Assembly: GCA_050253415.1 (NCBI GenBank) | Contig: JBFWJC010000006.1 | Location: forward strand, 96,001 to 160,000 | Length of the DNA: 64,000 nt | Reading direction: 5' to 3' | Origin: Pedobacter sp. | GTDB lineage: Bacteria; Desulfobacterota; Desulfuromonadia; Desulfuromonadales; Syntrophotaleaceae | In this document: piece after piece, positions 40,449 to 49,929 of the stretch | How the letters are laid out: each line of letters starts with the position of its first letter | Numbering within the stretch: the first letter of the stretch is position 1 | Notes under the pieces: generated by a model | The model's input: the letters and a program-made list of their open reading frames with translations, nothing else | What the model was told of the DNA's origin: nothing | The model's database searches: none | Translations under genes and position numbers: made by a program

Positions 40449-41722
40449 TAGTTTCTCTCCCCGGCTCCTTGCAAATCGTCTGCCTGCCCGGATGGCGCCG
40501 ACACCTGTTGCCACAACGCGGTGAACGGGATGGAGCTGAAAGCGAACAGCAACCGCTCCTTTTTCTCCCCGGGGGTAAATCCCCGATCCAGTATCGCCGC
40601 CTCGATAGCCGGCATATGCATACCACCCCAGGGGACGATGACAGTGTCGTAACGATCAAGGCTCCGCTGCAGGGCGTCGATGACCACCTCGTTGCGCTTG
40701 GTGAGAATATCGTCCATCACCCCCGAGAAAACCTCCGGGGTCCCATGGACCTGCGCCCAGTCATGATATGCCGCAACCCCCTGCGCCAATGGCTTGTCAC
40801 CAAGCAGGGTCCTGGCGAGAACGTTGAGAAACTCGATGGTCTGAGGGGCGAAGCGGCTGATATCCACGTCGGCCTGCACAATATCCGGTTTGGTCTCGTC
40901 CCGCTCGCGTTCACTCACCGGTTCCAGGTCGTCCAGTTCGAGCAGATTGCCGTCAAGCTTCATCGTCTCCTGGGAACTGAGGCCGACCAGGTTAGCCAGT
41001 CTGCCGTACTGAAACCGGCTCTTCAGCAACTGATTCTGATCGGTCACCCCCTCGGCGAGAACAATCGTCCCTTTCGCCGGCAGCGAAGCGACCAGTTCCT
41101 GGTAGTACCCCTTGCGGGCGATGTGCATCATCGCCACCAGGCGCACCACCTTGTCATCTTCATGATAACTGCGTTCGGAGGCATAGATGCCGACCGGACT
41201 CAGCCGCATGAAACCGGCGGTCTTCTGGTCGAGATAGTAGCCGGCCGACGCCATCAACGAATAGATCAGCACCAGAGGGAGCAGCAGCAGGTTGACTGCA
41301 GCAAAGACGAGGGTATTGCGCCAACCGAACAGCGGCCGCCGAAAAAGCTCCACGGGCAACATGCTGCTCCCGTAAGAAGTGCGCAGCGTAATCAGAGCGA
41401 TGCCACCGATGATAACCTGGCCGATAGCAGCCGCCAACCCAAGGGATTCGCTGGGAATCATGCCCAGCAGCGGCCACAGCATCAGGGAGCACCAGAAGAT
41501 GTACAGGGTCAGCGGTAGAAAAATCCGCTTCGGCAGCCTCCGGTCGATTCCCATAAGGGCATAAATCACCAGGGAAAGAACGATCACCAGTAAGGCAACG
41601 AAATTGCGGACCGTGGAGAGAGCCGGCAGGTGTGCAACGAACATCGTCAACAGTTCATCGGTCAACGAAAGGCCGGCATCGATCAAAAACAGGACGATAT
41701 AAAAATTGGCGAAACGTCGCAT
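40448..41722 (-). CDS. Hypothetical membrane protein with soluble C-terminal domain
   Basis: Five TM-like segments, then MMHIA..YY, VLAEGV and PWGGMHMP (TraB/GumN-like). Confidence 0.7.
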   Translation of the reverse strand: MRRFANFYIVLFLIDAGLSLTDELLTMFVAHLPALSTVRNFVALLVIVLSLVIYALMGIDRRLPKRIFLPLTLYIFWCSLMLWPLLGMIPSESLGLAAAIGQVIIGGIALITLRTSYGSSMLPVELFRRPLFGWRNTLVFAAVNLLLLPLVLIYSLMASAGYYLDQKTAGFMRLSPVGIYASERSYHEDDKVVRLVAMMHIARKGYYQELVASLPAKGTIVLAEGVTDQNQLLKSRFQYGRLANLVGLSSQETMKLDGNLLELDDLEPVSERERDETKPDIVQADVDISRFAPQTIEFLNVLARTLLGDKPLAQGVAAYHDWAQVHGTPEVFSGVMDDILTKRNEVVIDALQRSLDRYDTVIVPWGGMHMPAIEAAILDRGFTPGEKKERLLFAFSSIPFTALWQQVSAPSGQADDLQGAGERN

Positions 41723-41732
41723 AGGGATTCCT

Positions 41733-41945
41733 TGCGAGGACGATATCCTCGTCTTTCGAGTAGAGCGGCTACTTGCCTGTGCCAAGGTCGATGATCGAGA
41801 GCCTCGCATGCCCCAGGGCAACCGGGCTTTCCGGGTTCACGAACAGGCCGCTCTCGTCAGGTCCCCGATGATGCAGGGAAGAGACCGCCCTGCGTAATGT
41901 CTCCTCGGAAATTGCATGACGCGTTATTCCAACAATTCCGCACAT
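41733..41945 (-). pseudogene. asnB: asnB (Gln-hydrolysing asparagine synthase) 5' remnant, copy 1
   Basis: MCGIVG..HHRGPD..GHARLSIIDL.TGK*PLYSKDEDIVLA; TAG where Q is expected, then similarity ends. Confidence 0.85.
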
Positions 41946-41964
41946 AATGCCTCTCTCTCCCATG

Positions 41965-42097
41965 AAAGACCGATTTTAGCCGAAAACAACGTCCTGCAAG
42001 AGGGATTTGAGGAGGTATTTTCAACAAAAGTTATTCCAGTTCAATGAATTGGTTTGGTCCAGCCGCAATACACGAAAATAGATCTGTCCGGATTTTT
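41965..42097. repeat. ~100-bp element copy A plus REP-like end
   Basis: CCGATT(41970)...TTGGTCC(42056); ACGAAAATAGATCTGTCCGGATTT resembles 49422-49448. Confidence 0.55.
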
Positions 42098-42123
42098 TCT
42101 TGCGGCGAGGGGTAGAATCCATT

Positions 42124-42606
42124 TCAAAGTTCATCGAATGCATCGATATCATTAATGTACCTGGATATTAAATCAAATTTATAGAATGAGTTTCCTGTTT
42201 CGATCTCATGCACATATACAGGACATTTCGGTTTATTGAGATAAATATAAAATATTTCCTCACCGCCATCATTGCCAATAACAAACTTCTTTGACTCTAC
42301 CCACTCCTTATAGTGCTTTTTACGTTGTGCCAATATTCTTTTTTTGGAACCGTGGTACAAAACCCTCTTAAGCCTACCGATAAACCTACCATCATCGATA
42401 TCGGAAAGATCATCCAAGTTCATTTTGTATGCTTTATTAATTTCGATAAGTCGCTGTGGATCTGTGATCAAATAATAAATAGAAGAATCCTCGTACTTAG
42501 AGAAAGGAGGATTGTCCAAAATATTTTTATAGAGATCTGGCAATATTATGCCCAACTCAATTTCAATTTCCCTGGAGGCACTCACTGGTATATTTATCTC
42601 CTGCAA
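42124..42606 (-). CDS. SMI1/KNR4 (SUKH)-like immunity protein
   Basis: IEIELGIILPDLYK and FVIGNDGG..IFYI..PVY..E motifs; markedly AT-rich. Confidence 0.7.
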   Translation of the reverse strand: MQEINIPVSASREIEIELGIILPDLYKNILDNPPFSKYEDSSIYYLITDPQRLIEINKAYKMNLDDLSDIDDGRFIGRLKRVLYHGSKKRILAQRKKHYKEWVESKKFVIGNDGGEEIFYIYLNKPKCPVYVHEIETGNSFYKFDLISRYINDIDAFDEL

Positions 42607-42704
42607 TTAACATCCTGCATAATACAATAATGTAGGGAAAAGACAGCCCTGCGTAATGTCTTCTCGGAAATTGAATGGCCCGTTATTCCGACAATTCCGC
42701 ACAT
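42594..42704 (-). pseudogene. asnB: asnB 5' remnant, copy 2
   Basis: MCGIVGITGHSISEKTLRRAVFSLH, then unrelated sequence; aligns to 41871-41950. Confidence 0.8.
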
Positions 42705-42723
42705 AATGCTTCCTTTTGTCTTG

Positions 42724-42896
42724 GAAAGCCGATTGTATCCCAAAAAACAGCCTTTAAGAGGATTTTTAGGGGCTATTTACAGAAAAGGTATCACTATTCC
42801 GGTAGGTCAACTTGGTCAGACCTCAAAGGCGGCCAAGTTACAATCAGCTGGTCAGCCTCAACATTTTTATCAAAAGTTGAGATCTGACCCTTTTTT
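42724..42896. repeat. ~100-bp element copy B plus REP-like hairpin
   Basis: CCGATT(42729)...CTTGGTCAGACC; hairpin GGTCAGCCTCAACATTTTTATCAAAAGTTGAGATCTGACC (42850-42889). Confidence 0.7.
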
Positions 42897-42927
42897 GCAT
42901 TCTATTTACGCTGTGTCTCACCGCATC

Positions 42928-43857
42928 CTATCTACTTACAATCATCCCCACCTTTGGCGTGAACCCCCTTCCCCTTCTGTCGGCAAACTCAAAAGGTATA
43001 GACCGTAGCTCCATACCAAAGTTTTTCTGAATGACGAAATGCAGATGAGGGCCTGATGAATATCCGGTATTTCCAGACTCGCCAATAAATTGTCCACGCT
43101 CAACTCGGGTCCCAGCAGGATATTGAATGGACTCCAGCTTCAAATGGGCATAAAGAGCCATGGTCCCATCATCGTGAAGAATCCTAATAAAGTTGGCTTT
43201 TTCGGTGAATGGTGCGGTTATACCGCCCGTGAAAAAATCATTGGCAACCTCCATAATAACACCCGATCTCGATGCACATATTCTGGTCCCCTGCGGCATA
43301 GCTATATCGACGGCATATATACTTTGGGGGTGCGTGTGAGTCGTATTCCCTTTGAAACCTTGTGATATGCGATATCCCCTACCGGCCTGAACGGGAAACA
43401 GATAAGGCGCATAAGGGATATGATTGGCTCTGGGGTCGCCGGGCACAATACTGGTAGTGTATGAGTACTTAAACCCTTTGCGGTTATCGGCTTGCCATAT
43501 ATGCACCAGCGGTTGGCTTTTTCGCGGCGGAACAATAGCGTTGTATATTTTGGGGCGATCCCAGTTTATATTTTTATTCTCATCCATTGTAAAAGAAAAT
43601 TCTGCAGGTCCATAACAATCGTTTACGCCGTAAAGCCTTAAGTTCTCTTTGCTGCCCCGTGCCGAGATACTGAAACACACCTTTTTTGCGACTTCGACCT
43701 GCTTAACCTCAAACACTTGCGTATTCTCCACAGGCCTGTCGGAAAACACCAGAGAGCCGTTCGTACTTCGAGATTTATACAGCTTTTCAGCAGAGACATT
43801 TGCGGCTGAAAGAATGGGCAAGATGACGAAAACAAGGATTTTGGACCAGATGCTCAT
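42928..43857 (-). CDS. M23 family metallopeptidase with DUF4124
   Basis: H....YAVD, LYAHL, SGNTGYSSGPHLHF. Confidence 0.9.
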   Translation of the reverse strand: MSIWSKILVFVILPILSAANVSAEKLYKSRSTNGSLVFSDRPVENTQVFEVKQVEVAKKVCFSISARGSKENLRLYGVNDCYGPAEFSFTMDENKNINWDRPKIYNAIVPPRKSQPLVHIWQADNRKGFKYSYTTSIVPGDPRANHIPYAPYLFPVQAGRGYRISQGFKGNTTHTHPQSIYAVDIAMPQGTRICASRSGVIMEVANDFFTGGITAPFTEKANFIRILHDDGTMALYAHLKLESIQYPAGTRVERGQFIGESGNTGYSSGPHLHFVIQKNFGMELRSIPFEFADRRGRGFTPKVGMIVSR

Positions 43858-43926
43858 CTGAAAACAACCTTGAGTATTAAATCCTGTAGACCGAACTTTA
43901 ATCATAGGATTGCGCCTAATGAATGA

Positions 43927-44142
43927 GGTGTCCCCGGGACTTGGTAGTTGCCTCGCGCAGCAGTTCACCCTCTTTGTACAGGTTGCGGATATGCAAACCA
44001 ACGGTATCGGTGTCCCTTTCAAACAACTCCGCCATCTGTATCTGGGTCAACCATACCGTCTCATGGTCAAGCTGTACCTCAAGACGGGTCCACCATTCTC
44101 GGCCAAGTACAGCAGAATATCATTTTGTTCATCAGTCTGCAT
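43927..44142 (-). pseudogene. RhuM-family 5' remnant with frameshift
   Basis: MQTDEQNDILLYLAENG / frameshift / TRLEVQLDHETVWLTQIQMAELF..HIRNLYKEGEL matches the N-terminus of 60292..61257. Confidence 0.8.
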
Positions 44143-44261
44143 AAACAAATCTCCGCTATTGGTACCGCGTCATTCCCTCACCTGCCGAGGTATGCCAAAC
44201 GGTTCAAATCCTATAACACCGAGGCATATAAGGGGGAAGATTTTCATTCTTTACAATCAAC

Positions 44262-44303
44262 TGAGCACCCCAACATTTTTATCAAAAGTTGAGATCTGCC
44301 CCT
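44262..44303. repeat. REP-like hairpin, second copy
   Basis: CAACATTTTTATCAAAAGTTGAGATCTG identical to 42859-42886. Confidence 0.75.
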
Positions 44304-44516
44304 TCAGTGCATACTCATCGATTGAATTAGCGCTCCCTTCTCTGTACACCACACCGGTCAAATCAACCACTCTTTCCAAGCATGTAGAATCCGCTTTCTC
44401 CTGACCAGGCCGAACTTCCTCTTCCGGGTGAAGAAACGTGCAAACGAGGTAAACTTGATCGCAAGTCTGTTGCCGCACCACCTGCCCCCTTTTTATTTCG
44501 AGCAGAGGAGCGAACC

Positions 44517-45305
44517 ATGAACAAGCGTTGGTATGTCGGAATCCTGATCGTAGCTGCCGTGTTGGTGTATGCCGGCTGCAAGCAGAGTGAGAAGAAGGCT
44601 GAAGAACCTGTGCCCGTGGCAGGCGATCCTTACCTCGGTGGCCTGGTCTGGAACAACTGGGCCGATCAAGTGGCAGGCGGCTCCGGTTACCCGGCCGGAT
44701 TCGATTCGAAAATGAAGGACTTTCTGCGCTGCAAGGCCTGCCACGGCTGGGATGCCGCGGGCTTAAACGGCGGCTATGTGCGGCGCACCGCCAAGGATTC
44801 GCGGCCGGCGCCGCTACCGACGGCAGATCTTACCACCAAGCTGGGTACCATCACCAAACAGCAGGTTCAGTATGCAAGCGGCCGCGAGTTCGCCGTCCTG
44901 GATAAACGCATGCCGGCGTTTAACCAGCCGGGCGGCCTGACCGACAAACAGGTGGTCGACGTAATGGCCTTTTTGAACCAAGGCCCGAAAGTCACGGATT
45001 TCGCCCGCCTCGATATCGCACAAAACCCGGTGGCCTATACCTTTACTGGCGCCGATCCGAAGGCCGGAGGCGAACTCTACACCAACAGATGTGCCGCCTG
45101 TCACGATGTCGACGGCAAAGGCATAGATATGTCTCTGGGCAACTATTTCCGGGAGGATGGCAAGTACAGCGAAGGCTTCCACAAGATGGTCTACGGGGCC
45201 GGCGGCACCAGCATCATGACCCGCACGGCGAGCGGCGATCTTACCGGTCGGCAGGCCGCAGACATTCTGGCCTATATTCAGGCCAACCTGGGCAGCCGCT
45301 TCTAA
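44517..45305 (+). CDS. Diheme c-type cytochrome lipoprotein
   Basis: YAGC lipobox, CKACH and CAACH; GAGGAG RBS. Confidence 0.88.
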   Translation: MNKRWYVGILIVAAVLVYAGCKQSEKKAEEPVPVAGDPYLGGLVWNNWADQVAGGSGYPAGFDSKMKDFLRCKACHGWDAAGLNGGYVRRTAKDSRPAPLPTADLTTKLGTITKQQVQYASGREFAVLDKRMPAFNQPGGLTDKQVVDVMAFLNQGPKVTDFARLDIAQNPVAYTFTGADPKAGGELYTNRCAACHDVDGKGIDMSLGNYFREDGKYSEGFHKMVYGAGGTSIMTRTASGDLTGRQAADILAYIQANLGSRF

Positions 45306-45332
45306 AGGCTGTTATTTGAGTTGAATAAACAC

Positions 45333-45364
45333 AAACGCCCGTTGCCGTTGAGGCACGGGCGTTT
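45333..45364 (+). terminator. Intrinsic terminator
   Basis: AAACGCCCGT/ACGGGCGTTT. Confidence 0.7.
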
Positions 45365-45454
45365 GCCGTATCCAAATAATCCCGAAAACGCCCCCAAGAC
45401 TTCCCTCATAAGCCTGAAATTGACGTCAAAATATTCCTTCAAATAAGTTTTAAG

Positions 45455-45482
45455 TGAAGTGGCCTACTAAACTCGGACACCA
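45455..45482 (+). mobile_element. Possible isolated IS3-family terminal repeat
   Basis: TGAAGTGGCCTACTAAACTCGGACACCA resembles IS3/IS150-type ends; no transposase follows. Confidence 0.35.
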
Positions 45483-45730
45483 ATAAAGGTGATATATTCA
45501 TTCACCTCAAAATATGGGCTTATAAGCAGTTTTTGAGGATAAATCATTTAGAAGTTACTCGAAATTTCAACAACTTGAATTGATCCGACACACAAGCCCT
45601 TTAATTAATCCAATAGAAACTCCTGTAAATTGGTTTTTCCATAGCAAATCTGAGCATTGGAGTCTTTAAAGAAAGTGGGGAGTGTCCCGCTTTTTCCGCT
45701 TTTTCAATGGGGATCCCCTGCCATCAGGGG

Positions 45731-46333
45731 TCATTGAGCCAGCTTTCGCAGATAGATCAGATTATCATTGACGTAATCGACCGTTACTTCTCGGTCGAAC
45801 GTTTCCAATTTCGACAATATCACCGTTTCACCGGGATTCAGCCCATCGAGGAGCCTGCTGTACCAGCGTATCGCCGGTTCGGCGGAGTCGGAACGGGCCA
45901 GGCCGTCGCCTGCATCCATGGCGTCGCCCAAACTCCTTGCAAAGTAGATTTCCGCCAACAGATACTGAGCCACCTTATCACCGCTCTTGGCCATTTCGTT
46001 CGCAAGTTTAAACCATTTATCGCTTTCCTCCTCACTGGAGGTCGAATCATATCCCCTCTGCAGGAGAGCCCGCTTGGCCTCAAAATGCCCCTGGTCAGCA
46101 GCAGCCTCGCACCAGTGGCGCACCTTTTCCCATAGTTCGGGTTCCGGCTCGAACGGATCCTCGCTCTGATCGTACGCCTCTTCCTCGTAGATCATCGCCA
46201 ACTCATATTGAGCGTTCGCGTCGCCGGCGACGGCGGATTCCAGCAATGCCAGCTTGTGCTCGGCTTCACCGGCCATGGCGGGGATTGCCGCCCCCCAAAA
46301 TAAAATGCAGAGAATCAACACAAAGCGATACAT
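45731..46333 (-). CDS. Exported SEL1-like repeat protein
   Basis: Signal peptide; GDANAQYELA, AADQGH, GDKVAQYLLA. Confidence 0.75.
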   Translation of the reverse strand: MYRFVLILCILFWGAAIPAMAGEAEHKLALLESAVAGDANAQYELAMIYEEEAYDQSEDPFEPEPELWEKVRHWCEAAADQGHFEAKRALLQRGYDSTSSEEESDKWFKLANEMAKSGDKVAQYLLAEIYFARSLGDAMDAGDGLARSDSAEPAIRWYSRLLDGLNPGETVILSKLETFDREVTVDYVNDNLIYLRKLAQ

Positions 46334-46562
46334 AACACATCCTTTCAGTTCGCAGGACTCAAAAATCCCTATCCCTAATCCTTACTTCCATTGACACAAA
46401 TTCATTTCCGGTGTTACACCATCTGCTCCGACATGTAAAGTTCCATTCCTTTTACATCGATGCACGGGTGGACTCTTTTCCACGGCCACAAACCGGAGCT
46501 CGCCACTCTCGGCGTGCTATCTTGCCGCACCGAAACCGAGACGCAGGCGCTAACCATGGCAC

Positions 46563-48056
46563 GTGGACCACTCGCAGGGAGGATCGTTGAGTACGACCAA
46601 TGCAGCTCTTGAGCTTCTGGAGCACAACCTCAGGGACCGCCCGGACAAGACCGCCTATCTCTGCTCCGGCAGGGCCCACACCTATCGCGAGCTTGGCGAG
46701 GCAGTCCGTTGCCTGGCCCGCCGGCTGCGGGAGCTGGGGCTCTCACCAGGGGAGCGCATCTTCATCGCCCTCCCGGACTGCTTTGCCTTCCCGGTGGCTT
46801 TTCTCGGCTGCCTGCTGTCCGGCGCCGTAGCGGTGGTGGTAAACCCGGAGCTCGACCAGGAGACACTGGCGCATATCGCCAACGACGCGGGCGCGCGCCT
46901 GCGAATCTGCCTGGAGGGGAGCGCGGCGAGGTGGCCGGCAGACTCCCTGAAGGAGATCGTCTGCAACGAGGTGGGCCCGCTGGAATGCACCGGCGCCGGG
47001 CTGGAGCTGTGTGACGCCTTCCAGCCGGCCGACAGCGACCTCGCCTACGTCCTCTATACCTCCGGCTCAACGGGCGCGCACAGGGGAGTGCCGCACCGGC
47101 ACCGATGCCTGGTGCTGCCGTGCGACCTGGTCGGCAAGGCCGTGCTGGGTCTGACAGGCGAGGACATCATCTTTTCCACGAGCAAGTGCTCCTTCGCCTA
47201 CGGGCTCATCAACAGCCTGGCCCTACCACTGCAGCTCGGCGCCACCGCCATCCTCTACCCGGGAAAGCCCGATCCGCCGGCGGTTCTCGAACTCATCCGC
47301 CACCACAGTCCGTCGGTGCTCTTCTCGGTCCCCACGCTCTTCGCCCAGATCCTCCGCTCGTGGCCGGAGGGCCGGCAGCGGCTGCCGATGCGGCTCTGCT
47401 GCTCGGCGGGGGAGGCGTTGCCTGCGGCGCTGTTCGAGGAGTGGCAGCGGCTCACCGGTCTGGAAATCCTCGACGGCATCGGCTCCACCGAGATGGCCTA
47501 CCACTTCATCGCGAACGCCCCCGGACAGGCCGTCGCGGGATCGGCGGGGCGGCTGGTGCCAGGCTACCAGGCGCGGCTGGTGGACGAGCGCGGCGAAGAT
47601 GTCGCTTCCGGACACATAGGGCAGCTGCTCATTGACGGGCCTACCCGGCCCCCGGACTGCGGGAGCTCGACGGAGGCTCCTCTGGCAACCGGCGACCTCT
47701 TCGTGGAACGGGACGGCTTTTACTATCATCGTGGCCGGAGCGACGATATGTTCAAATCGGCCGGCTGCTGGGTCTCCCCCACCGCCGTGGAGGAGGTCCT
47801 GCGAAGCCACCCGGCGGTGGCCGAGTGCGCCGTGGTGGCCACCCGGGTCGGCGGGCTCAGCGTCCCGGGCGCCTTCATCGTACTCGACCGTGCAGTGAAT
47901 GGGTCGCCGGAACTGGTGGCAGAGCTGCGGCGACACTGCCAAGAGCGGCTCCCGGACCCCATGTGTCCGGCCCGGATCCGGTTCGTGACCGAGCTGCCGC
48001 GCACCGCCACCGGAAAAGTGCAGCGTTTCAAACTCAGAGAGCGGAACACGGCGTGA
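46563..48056 (+). CDS. AMP-binding acyl-adenylate ligase (benzoate-CoA ligase-like)
   Basis: YTSGSTG, SAGEALP, DGIGSTE, TGD, GRSDD, PRTATGKVQR; very GC-rich. Confidence 0.88.
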   Translation: MDHSQGGSLSTTNAALELLEHNLRDRPDKTAYLCSGRAHTYRELGEAVRCLARRLRELGLSPGERIFIALPDCFAFPVAFLGCLLSGAVAVVVNPELDQETLAHIANDAGARLRICLEGSAARWPADSLKEIVCNEVGPLECTGAGLELCDAFQPADSDLAYVLYTSGSTGAHRGVPHRHRCLVLPCDLVGKAVLGLTGEDIIFSTSKCSFAYGLINSLALPLQLGATAILYPGKPDPPAVLELIRHHSPSVLFSVPTLFAQILRSWPEGRQRLPMRLCCSAGEALPAALFEEWQRLTGLEILDGIGSTEMAYHFIANAPGQAVAGSAGRLVPGYQARLVDERGEDVASGHIGQLLIDGPTRPPDCGSSTEAPLATGDLFVERDGFYYHRGRSDDMFKSAGCWVSPTAVEEVLRSHPAVAECAVVATRVGGLSVPGAFIVLDRAVNGSPELVAELRRHCQERLPDPMCPARIRFVTELPRTATGKVQRFKLRERNTA

Positions 48057-48266
48057 TACGCCGACAACAAGAGGCGCCAGTGTCCCGTGCGGGTAGTCGT
48101 GTCAAATAATTCTGAGACATTTTTGGTACTGCCAAGGCGTCGCTAATGCAGGCCTGGCCGTGCGCTAAGTCAAATTGGCGCAACGCAGGCAGGGCCGATA
48201 AGGGCCAGAATCAGAAGACAGGATTAACCGCACAGGGCACTAAACCGGAGCGCCCAAGGAGGAAAC

Positions 48267-49364
48267 ATGGCAGCACCGATGATCGATCGACTGAGGGAAC
48301 TCGTGGTACAGGTCGGGGGCAACGCGCAGACGGCCCGCGAGCTGGAGCCGGATCAGGCCGTCGCGCACAACGCCCTCGACTCGCTCGGCTTCACCGCGTT
48401 CATCGCGGCCATCGAGGAGCATTTCGCCATCCGGGTCAGCGACAAATCCTCGGTAAAGCTGCGCTCCCTGAAAGATTTCGCGCAGTTTGTCGAAGCTCAG
48501 CTCGAGCGGACGGCGGATGCCGACACGCCTGCGGCGGACAGCGGCTATGCCGAGGCGGGTGACTTCATGCTCGATGGAACGCCGCTCTACTACGAGATCG
48601 CCGGCAGCGGACCGCCCCTGCTCCTGTTGAACGGCATCGGCCTCGATCTGTCCGCGTGGGGTCCTCTGGTGCAAGCGCTCAGCGGCGAGCGCCAGCTGGT
48701 GCTCCTTGAAACCCGCGGGTCCGGCCTCTCCGGTCCGCCGCCGGAACCCTGTACCACGGCACGGCTCGCCGCCGATGCGCTCGCGCTCCTCGACCACCTC
48801 TCGCTCGACAAAGTGGACGTGCTCGGATTCTCCCTCGGCGGCCTTGTGGCGCAGGAGCTGGCGATCCTCGCGCCGAAGCGGATCCGCTCGCTGGTGCTCG
48901 CCGCCACCGCAGCCCATCTCCCGGGGCGGTCTCGCCGCGCCCTCGACGCCTGGCGGCGTCTCATCCTGGCGGGGGTAGAAGCCGACGCCTTCCGGCGCGA
49001 GCAGTTCGCCTGGATCTTCGGTCCTGCGACCCTTGAGAACGACGCGCTGATCGAGGGGGCCCTGGCGGCCCTCGCCGGCACGCCCGCCCCCTCGGCGCGA
49101 GGCTTCGCCGCGCAAGCCGACGCCTGCCTGGCCCACGACACCCGGGAGCGGGCTTCACGGATCGCCGCCCCGACCCTCGTCCTCGCCGGAGCGGACGACG
49201 TCCTCCTCCCCGCGACCGCAGCCGAGGCGCTCGCCGGGCTCCTGCCCCGGGGGCGGTTCGAGAGCCACCCCGGCGGCCACGCCTTCCTGACGGAGAGCAC
49301 GAGCGCCGTTGCGACGTCGGTGCTGCAGTTCCTGGGCTCGGCCCGCGAAACATCGGGAAAATGA
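48267..49364 (+). CDS. Acyl carrier protein - alpha/beta hydrolase fusion
   Basis: N-terminal LDSL..IEEHFAI carrier domain; GFSLGG, GADD, GGH; AAGGAGG RBS. Confidence 0.8.
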   Translation: MAAPMIDRLRELVVQVGGNAQTARELEPDQAVAHNALDSLGFTAFIAAIEEHFAIRVSDKSSVKLRSLKDFAQFVEAQLERTADADTPAADSGYAEAGDFMLDGTPLYYEIAGSGPPLLLLNGIGLDLSAWGPLVQALSGERQLVLLETRGSGLSGPPPEPCTTARLAADALALLDHLSLDKVDVLGFSLGGLVAQELAILAPKRIRSLVLAATAAHLPGRSRRALDAWRRLILAGVEADAFRREQFAWIFGPATLENDALIEGALAALAGTPAPSARGFAAQADACLAHDTRERASRIAAPTLVLAGADDVLLPATAAEALAGLLPRGRFESHPGGHAFLTESTSAVATSVLQFLGSARETSGK

Positions 49365-49393
49365 ATCGACAACGGGAGAATTAGCACGGAATA

Positions 49394-49444
49394 CCGGGAC
49401 AGGTTTATTTATTATAAATTAACGAAAATACAAATCTGTCCCGG
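49394..49444. repeat. REP-like hairpin
   Basis: CCGGGACAG-AT-rich-CTGTCCCGG. Confidence 0.75.
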
Positions 49445-49929
49445 ATTTCCCCAAACTTGGTTATCGACTTGACGGCCTCCCCACCGGGCCCCCCATAGCC
49501 CCATTGGCCAACCTCGAAAGAAGCAAGTTGGGCTCGACCTCTGCGCCCAAAAACCAACAACGGGGACCCCTATTTATCAAGCTGTGCCCCTCGTTTATCC
49601 CTAGTTTCAGGTTCCGGATGCTGGGTGAAAAGTGCTGAGGACATATCCACAACGTGCCACCTTCGAAGCCTGCCTCCCTGACCCTTTGCCCCCCCGCAGG
49701 ATATTAAGATGTTCTTGCAATTGTGCCGTTCAGCCGCTATGACTGTAGGGGCGAGAAAATCGGGCGGATCCCGCTACATGAGAGAAACCGCCCGAAGGCG
49801 TACATCGGTACGCCGCACCAGGCAACCCGCGGATTGACGCCGCCAAGGCGGAAAAGGACTGTTTCCGTATAAAAACTTTATCAATGCGGATCCTTAATAC
49901 ACCCATACTTGTGGAAATTTGACACGCTT

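Noticed and set aside
41769..41771. Pyrrolysine or readthrough at the in-frame TAG of asnB
   Set aside because: A simple CAG>TAG change explains it, and homology ends about 12 codons later anyway.
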